Below are positions 57,696-64,000 of a stretch of DNA of 64,000 bases, piece after piece. The DNA is from Pelagomonas calceolata (lineage: Eukaryota): the NCBI GenBank assembly GCA_918797485.1, contig CAKKNE010000005.1:3844001-3908000 (forward strand). The letters are read 5' to 3'. Every line of letters starts with the position of its first letter. Positions within the stretch are counted from its first letter, which is position 1. The notes beneath the pieces are model-generated. The model ran no database searches. It had not been told where the DNA came from and worked only from the letters and a program-made list of their open reading frames with translations. Position numbers and translations under genes: made by a program.

Positions 57696-60495
57696 TTAAG
57701 CGCCGAGGGGCGGCGGCGGCGGCGGCTCGTCCTTGGAGGTGATGACGGCGCTCTGAGGCGGCGGCGGCGCCTTCACTCCACGGGCCTCGTCGAATACCCC
57801 GCTCGCGTTGGACTTCTTAGCGGCAGTGCTTCGACGGTAGTAGAAGGAGGCTCCGGCGGCGGCCAGGAGCAGGACGAGCGCGCCGGCGGCCGCGCCGCCG
57901 CCTATTGCCGCAGCGTTCGGGCCGCCGCCGCCACTGGAACCACCGGCGCTCGAACTGTCGGTAGTATCATCGCCAGGGGGGGGCTGCTTGGGCGACGGCC
58001 GCGTTGGTCGAGGTGAGGTGGGCACCGCCGTCGGATTTTCGGGCGTCGCGGTCGGCGAAGGTGAAGGCCGCGGCGTCGGGCTGCCCAGGTTAGAATACTC
58101 ATCCTCGTCACCGAAGCAGCATGCGTGGCAGTCTGCAGCCCCGTCGCTCGGCAGGCCATCGTTGTAGCAGGCGACAGAATCGCTAAAGGACGAGCATTGC
58201 TCACAAAATCCAGAGCTACCATCGTCAAAGTTGCAAAACTCGTCAGCTGCGCACGGGCTGCCGTCAGGCTTGCACGCCGTCTGACCGAGGCACGCGCCTG
58301 CCTCGCAAATGACGCCCGCGTCCTCCCAGTGAAGGCAGTTCGACTCACCCCAGCCCCTGAAAGGGCACTGCCGGAGCTCCGTCTCGTCACCGACGCATTC
58401 AACATCGCCCATCCAGATAGGATCAGATCCCTCGCCAAAGAACGCTCTCCACTTAGCTTCTATGGCGTCGACTCCAAAGAGCTCCTGACAGACGACGTTC
58501 GCGTCGGCGATATCCCATTCATCATCGCAAACGGTTCCCCACTGGCCCTCGTGGAAAATCTCGACGCGGCCTTCGCGTTCGGTACCGCCGCCGACCAGGC
58601 GAAGAGAGCGGTCGGCCGTCGGCGCGGGCGTCGCCGTGGGCGCCGGGCTCTGATCGCAAATGACGCCCGCGTCCTTCCAGTGGAAGCAGTTCTCATCGCC
58701 CCAGCCGTTGAAAGGGCACTGCCAGAGCGCATCCTCGTCGCCGGAGCACTGAACGTTATCCATCCAGATGGGGTCACTGCCCTCACCGAAGAACGCATCA
58801 TCCTTGGCTTCTAAGGCGCCGACCCCGAAGAGCTGCTGGCAGACCACGTTCGCATCGTCCAGGTCCCAGGAATCGTCGCAGACTGTGCCCCACTGGCCAT
58901 CATGCAAGATCTCGACGCGACCCTCGTACTCGCTCGTGCCTCCGACCAGGCGTAGAGGATGGCCGATCGTCGGCGCGGGCGTCGCGGTCGGCGAAGGTGA
59001 CGGCCGCGGCGTCGGCGCCGGCGTCGCCGGCGTCGGCGCAGGCGATGTAGTCGGGTCATGCGTGCCACCAGCAAGACCACCACCACACGCGCAACACTGC
59101 TCGGTCGCCGTGAAATCCTCGTCGTCCAATTTTTCGCATTCGCCAGGCCAATAGTCAAAATACGAGCAACCTTTATCAAACTGACCAGTGGTCGACAAAT
59201 CGTCCACGCATCGTTCGGATGTCGCAGTCGGCGCGAACGTACCCTCGCCACCGCCGCACGCGCAACACCGCTCGCTCGCCGTGAAGTCGTCGTCATCGTA
59301 CTCTCCGCAATCTTGAGGCCTTCTGTCATACCACTCTGAGCAAGTATCACCACCGCTATCAGTGGTCGAATCGTCGTTCACGCATGTAGCGGCCATCGGC
59401 GCCGGCGTGAGCGTCGGTCCAGAGGTCGGACCCGGGGTCGTCGGGCAGTCGGGGTCGGGCCCGGGCCAGTCAGGGCATTCGCACGGCCCCGCGCGCTCGT
59501 TCCTGTAGCCGGAGGTGAGGCAGCAGATGTCATAGGGATAGCCATCGTAGAAAGGGTCATTTTCGATTTCGCTCCGGCAGATCGTGTCCGCGTCCGTACA
59601 ATACTCGCAGTCATCGCAGTCGTACTCGCACGCAGAGGGGCATTCCGCATCTCCCGAATAGCACCTGTTTGGGTCATCTTCGTCGTGGCTGAGCTGCCGG
59701 CGCGCGATGTCGGTCTGGTGCTCGCTAATGCGGTGGATCGTCAGATGGGCAGAGACGCCGCCCTCAGTCGCGCGTGCGGCGTGACGCGTGTCCGCCGGAA
59801 TCACGAGGCCGTCGCCCGGCTCGAGCGTCACGACGTAATCATCGGAATCATCGGCGTCGAAGGTCCACGTCTTGGCCCCCGCGAGCTGGACGACGAGGAT
59901 GTCGCCTAGGTCTTCGTGTGATGGGAGCGCGGCGGCGCCCGCCGTCGAGAGGTAGGCGTGGAGTAGCAGTCCTCCCTCAACCTCGGCGCGACCGTTCGTC
60001 TCGCCGAATGTCTCCGCGAGGTTCTTGACGCCAGCGGGCCACGCGGCTTCGTCGAGGTACTCGAACTGGAGCCTGTGCGGAATTCCAAACTTCACGGCGC
60101 TTCGTCTCATCCGACCGAACGTTCCGATGCGCTGGTGATTTCTTCGCAGACTAGAGCGTGATCGAGAGCGGCACGGGAGATTTAGTGAGGACGGCGACCG
60201 CCTCCGCCGGGTCCGCGGGCAAGCCAGTCTCCCGCAACGCAGCGAGGATGGCATCGGCGACGCCGCCGTCCACGGTCTTCGCGTCGTTGTCGGCGTGGAC
60301 GCGAAACGCGAGACCCGGCTTTTTGCCCGCGAACGGCGCCAGTAAGTCGTCGATCGACACCTGGTTCTGCGCTATATCACGATGGAGCGTCGGCGTGTCT
60401 GTCCCGTCGAGGAGGTGGGGACCTATGATCTCTGCGCCCGCGCGCGCCAGCAAAAAAGTGATGCTGAGGGGCAGCCTCCCGGGCAGCCTCGCCAT
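57696..60495 (-). CDS. Type I membrane protein (~904 aa): signal peptide, JmjC/cupin, Cys-rich CCxCGGG repeats, 2 SRCR domains, TM; exons 60495-60158 and 60072-57696
   Basis: Jmj[39 protein letters not shown]. Two copies of LRLVGG...[19 protein letters not shown] followed by YYRRS. Confidence 0.8.
60073..60157 (-). mobile_element. Introner-type intron (85 nt, GC-AG)
   Basis: Minus strand AC|GCTCTAGT CTGCGAAGAAATCA...GGAATTCCGCACAG|GCTCCAGT. 8-nt repeat matches 7/8, and removal joins the signal-peptide ORF to the main ORF in frame. Confidence 0.8.
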
Positions 60496-60803
60496 GCTCT
60501 GGGACGATTCGCAAGGGTGCTACGCGCGGCAGCGAGATCCACGCCTCCGCCGCGAGTCGTTCATCCTCGCTGCGCCGCGCAAGGCGTGTGGCAGGAACCA
60601 AATATCTAACTAGTGCCTCTGTCAAGCTAGGCTCCGAAAAATAACGTGGATGTAGCACGACTCGAAGCAGCTTAATAACCATACAGCTGTCTACAGGTTG
60701 TTATATTAGTGCTTTTCGCTGTATCTTGGACGTGCGCAGCACTGCGGGCGGCGCGATAGGTTCCCGACCGAGCACGTGCAGTGCCTGAGTCACACAGACC
60801 CTT

Positions 60804-62852
60804 GTGGCAGTCCTGTACGCGATGTTGCTGCTCTGTTGCATAACGAGCGCGGCGGCACTGTCACCGGCACTGAGTTTTCTGCCGCGAGCGCCGCGCACCG
60901 TCTTGCGCGCGGCCAAAGATGACATGCCGCCCTACGACGGTTACGAAGATGAGGTCGCGAAGCGGCGGATCTCGCGCGACAACGTGGGCGTGAGTTTCTC
61001 AAAGCCGGACGGCCGCGCCGCGCGCCTCAAGCAGCTGCTCCAGGACGAGGACTTCGACGCCGCCGAGCGCGAGTCCGCGGCGGCCCTCGCCGTGCTGCCC
61101 GAGCTGGCCGATGTGGCACGCATGCGAGGCCGCGCGCTCCTCTCGCCGCTGCTCGACAAGCTGATCGACGGCGGGGCGGTCGGCAAGGCTGATTTTGAAG
61201 GGGCGTACGAGGCCTACCGGCTCGCATCGATCATGAATCCCGACGACAGCGCCGAGGCGGACGAAGCGTTGGGGAGGATCCGGGATCTGTGCCAGAAGCT
61301 CGAGGCACGTGAGAAGGACGACCTCGAGCAGGTCATCGAGACGACGGGCAAGGCCGTCGAGGAGAAGGCGCTGCGCTTCGGCCGCGGCGCGCGCGTCGTT
61401 TGTAATACCGGCCGCAATTCCGAGGAGCCATGGGAGGCCGGCACGGTGGTCGCCCTCTACCACCGCGAGGAAGGCTGGGCGCCGGGCGAGGTCGTACCCT
61501 ATCAAGTGCGACTCAACGACGGCACACTGATTTATGCTCCTTTCGACGCGGACGGCTGCATCCGCCTGCGGGGCGGCGACGACCTCGACGTCGACGTCGT
61601 CGTCGTCGGCGCGGGCGCGGCGGGCATCGGCTGCGCGGTCTCATTGACGCGCGCGTTCGGCCTCGACCCCGCGCGCGTCCGACTTTTGGAGCGCAGCGAC
61701 GCCGTCGGCGCGTCGTTCCGCGCGTGGCCGGAAGAGATGCGATTCATCAGTCCATCGTTCAACCAGCAGGGCTGGACGAGCTCGTTCGACCTGAACGCCG
61801 TGGCCCAGGACACGTCGCCGGCCTACGCCCTCCACGCGCAGCATCCGTCGGGCTCGCAGTACGCCGACTATCTCGCGGCGCTGGCCGATGACGCGAACCT
61901 CAACATACGGCTTGCTACCGAGGTGCGGAGCATCGAGCGACTCGAGGACGGTGATTTCGACGTGCATGTGCGCGCGGGCGGCGCCGACTCCGTCGTCAGA
62001 ACGCGCTTCGTCGTCTGGGCTGCCGGGGAGTTTCAGTATCCCTCGACCGGCGACATGCCCGGGGCGGAATTCTGCGTGCACAACTCGAAAGTGGAGTCCT
62101 GGGCCGGCCTCCCGGGCGACGAGCGCGTGGTCATCGGCGGCTACGAGTCGGGGGTAGATGCGACCGTCAACCTGGCCCGGGCGGGCAAGAAGGTCACGGT
62201 CCTCGCCTCAACCCCGACATGGAACGTCCAGACTCCTGACCCCTCCACGGAACTCGCGCCCTACACCGCGGAACGGCTTCGCGAGGTTACCGCTGAAGGT
62301 TTTACTGGACCGACTCCGGAGCTCCTGGCGCCGCTGCGCGTGCTTCGCGTCGAGGAAGCGTCAGAAGGAGGTTACAACGTCGTCGCCGCGTGGAAGAAGC
62401 AAGAGGCGCAGTTGCGACCGGAAGGATCGCTGCGGAGGCCGTTCGAAGGGGCCGCGCCGCCGGGCGCCGAGGGGAGCGAATTAGTCGTGCATACGGCCCA
62501 GCCGCCCGTGCTCTGCACGGGGTTCGAGGGGAGCGTCGCCGCCATTGGGCGCGACCTGTTCGATCTGGCGGACGACTCGGGAAACGGCTGCCTCGCGGGC
62601 GCGCCCCTGCTGACTGCGGAAGATGAGTCCACGAAAACTCCTGGGGTCTTCCTTGTCGGACCCACCGTCGTCCAGGGCGAGCTCAGCTTCTGCTTCGTCT
62701 ACAAGTTCCGCCAGCGCTTCGGCATCGTCGCCGACGCAATTTCCAGGGGCCTGGGGCGCGACACGAAGGCCGCCGTCCAGGGCCTGCGCCAGGCGAACAT
62801 GTACATGAACGACCTGTCGTGCTGCGAGAACACGTGCGGGGAGGTATGTTAA
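60804..62852 (+). CDS. Putative plastid-targeted fusion: TPR-like + SH3-like + bacterial-type NAD(P)/FAD oxidoreductase (Pyr_redox_3) with Cys-rich tail
   Basis: Leader MLLLCCITSAAALSP..; VVVVGAGAAGIG, VGASFRAWPEEMRFISPSF, VVWAAGEFQYP, VIGGYESGVD, FCFVYKFRQRF, DLSCCENTCGEVC. The true start is probably the first ATG (MLLLCC). Confidence 0.8.
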   Translation: MAVLYAMLLLCCITSAAALSPALSFLPRAPRTVLRAAKDDMPPYDGYEDEVAKRRISRDNVGVSFSKPDGRAARLKQLLQDEDFDAAERESAAALAVLPELADVARMRGRALLSPLLDKLIDGGAVGKADFEGAYEAYRLASIMNPDDSAEADEALGRIRDLCQKLEAREKDDLEQVIETTGKAVEEKALRFGRGARVVCNTGRNSEEPWEAGTVVALYHREEGWAPGEVVPYQVRLNDGTLIYAPFDADGCIRLRGGDDLDVDVVVVGAGAAGIGCAVSLTRAFGLDPARVRLLERSDAVGASFRAWPEEMRFISPSFNQQGWTSSFDLNAVAQDTSPAYALHAQHPSGSQYADYLAALADDANLNIRLATEVRSIERLEDGDFDVHVRAGGADSVVRTRFVVWAAGEFQYPSTGDMPGAEFCVHNSKVESWAGLPGDERVVIGGYESGVDATVNLARAGKKVTVLASTPTWNVQTPDPSTELAPYTAERLREVTAEGFTGPTPELLAPLRVLRVEEASEGGYNVVAAWKKQEAQLRPEGSLRRPFEGAAPPGAEGSELVVHTAQPPVLCTGFEGSVAAIGRDLFDLADDSGNGCLAGAPLLTAEDESTKTPGVFLVGPTVVQGELSFCFVYKFRQRFGIVADAISRGLGRDTKAAVQGLRQANMYMNDLSCCENTCGEVC

Positions 62853-62946
62853 CTTGCTTTATATGTTGTACACCAATGAATATCACTCTACAATCTTATC
62901 ACATTGGGGCTTCACGCACTTTCTCTCTTTCTTTCTTTCTTTTTCT

Positions 62947-63561
62947 TCATTGGATTGACGTGCCCTCGAGGAACCCATCCTTCGCGGACTGATCCCGGAT
63001 AGTGTCCGCCTCGCCCTCGCCGCACGCGACGGCGGCCAGGAACGCCTCGAGCGTTGGAGGGACGGCCTCGTCCGGCCTCGGCTCTAGATTCCACTCTGGT
63101 CTTCTTGCCACGAGCTTCCCGAGCTCCTCCGCCCGGGCCGCGTCCTCCTCTGGCGCTAGCTTGTAGAGGGCCTTCAGCGCGGGCGTCGAGTTCCGCGCGT
63201 GGGCGCACGTGTCGCCCGCGACGTACGTCACGCCGCACGACGGCCCCCCGTAGTACTCCCGCAGCCACCTACAAATAAATTTGCCCCCATCGTGGTGCGA
63301 GATGCCGTAGGGCCCGCGGTAGATGAAGAAGCCGTCCCGGGTCGGAAAAGGGTTCTTCGCCAGGCCCCACCATTTATTGTTCCGCTTCAGCTCGTCTTCG
63401 AGTATCATGGGGTGCCAAAACCTTCCATCCTTGTCGGTCCACCACTCGTCGCGCGCCATGTCCGGCGAGTGGAGCGCGTGCGAGAAGTAGCATCCTAATA
63501 ACCAGCCGGGGATCGACGCGATCATGTTCATGACGAAGGAGGGGCGTTTCGCGGACCACAA
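62947..63561 (-). CDS. Hypothetical protein, possibly the 3' part of the gene at 63566-64000
   Basis: 204-aa ORF with coding-like composition; no family recognised. Confidence 0.45.
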   Translation of the reverse strand: MWSAKRPSFVMNMIASIPGWLLGCYFSHALHSPDMARDEWWTDKDGRFWHPMILEDELKRNNKWWGLAKNPFPTRDGFFIYRGPYGISHHDGGKFICRWLREYYGGPSCGVTYVAGDTCAHARNSTPALKALYKLAPEEDAARAEELGKLVARRPEWNLEPRPDEAVPPTLEAFLAAVACGEGEADTIRDQSAKDGFLEGTSIQ

Positions 63562-63565
63562 CGCG

Positions 63566-64000
63566 TTAGTGCGCCGCGTCCGTGGGATACCCCGTCTTAT
63601 CTAGATCCGCTCGGTCGGCGGGGCCCAGGCGATCCGTGAAGGCGACGTCGAAGCGGTTGATGAGCACAGCTCTATAGGGAGACGCGTGCGACTCGGAGCC
63701 CCCGAAGTAGTTCTGCGACGCGAGTTTGATACTGTGCTTTTCAAGCAGCCGGAACGTCTCGACCATGGCCGTGCCCTGGCCGAGGTCGCGGCCGCCGCCG
63801 TGGCCCAATCCATGTAATTGCTTCGTGGCGACGACGCGGCCGCCGAAGGCCCTGATCAACAAATCCCAGAGCTCGGCGGATTTTGTCGCGTTGTGCGGTG
63901 ACGGGTCGTGCGCGACCAGGAACACGTCGACATCAAAACCGAGGTGCTCGAGGGGCAGAACCACGTTCCCCAGAACGCTATTTATCAGCGCGAGCTGCAT
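63566..64000 (-). CDS. Hypothetical protein, 5' partial
   Basis: ORF runs off the window end; VDVFLVAH, YRAVLINRFDVAF. Confidence 0.45.
   Translation of the reverse strand: MQLALINSVLGNVVLPLEHLGFDVDVFLVAHDPSPHNATKSAELWDLLIRAFGGRVVATKQLHGLGHGGGRDLGQGTAMVETFRLLEKHSIKLASQNYFGGSESHASPYRAVLINRFDVAFTDRLGPADRADLDKTGYPTDAAH

Noticed and set aside
1..64000. Hundreds of overlapping antisense and alternative-frame ORFs in the track
   Set aside because: They are Arg/Ala/Ser/Pro-rich shadows expected in high-GC coding DNA and show no motifs.
1..64000. Prokaryotic reading (operons, defence island)
   Set aside because: Gene content (syntaxin, ERGIC3, NOP2, GCN2, ODF3) and spliceosomal introns are eukaryotic.
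1..64000. Autonomous transposase, retroelement, rRNA or tRNA genes
   Set aside because: No DDE, RT or integrase motifs and no recognisable structural RNA were seen by eye; a covariance-model search would be needed to exclude small ncRNAs.

Overview
This is gene-dense, high-GC eukaryotic nuclear DNA with about 35 protein-coding genes, few and short introns, and very short intergenic gaps. Bipartite plastid-targeting leaders, flagellar genes and introner-type introns point to a photosynthetic stramenopile, probably a pelagophyte (Pelagomonas/Aureococcus-like); the taxon is inferred. Recognisable genes include ERGIC3, a syntaxin, DNA polymerase eta, PDAT, NOP2, GCN2, CIA30, ODF3/SHIPPO, FAM227, a 2OG oxygenase and ankyrin proteins. 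I found no rRNA, tRNA, CRISPR array or autonomous transposon. Main observations: (1) a 24-26 bp semi-palindromic element, TTGCTAGTG-TCTTACA-NNN-CGCTAGC, occurs 6 times nearly exactly and about 5 more times degenerately, always upstream of a gene start; (2) four introns have a transposon-like build (8-nt target duplication plus terminal inverted repeat), and three of them probably use GC donors; (3) a large CXXC-MBD-C2H2-SAP-Tudor-SET-AP2-Myb chromatin protein has an in-frame TGA near its end; (4) there are unusual fusions (UBZ + YqaJ nuclease with an inserted R3H domain; extracellular JmjC + SRCR receptor); (5) two convergent stop-to-stop junctions have been locally duplicated. All protein calls come from motif recognition by eye, not database searches.
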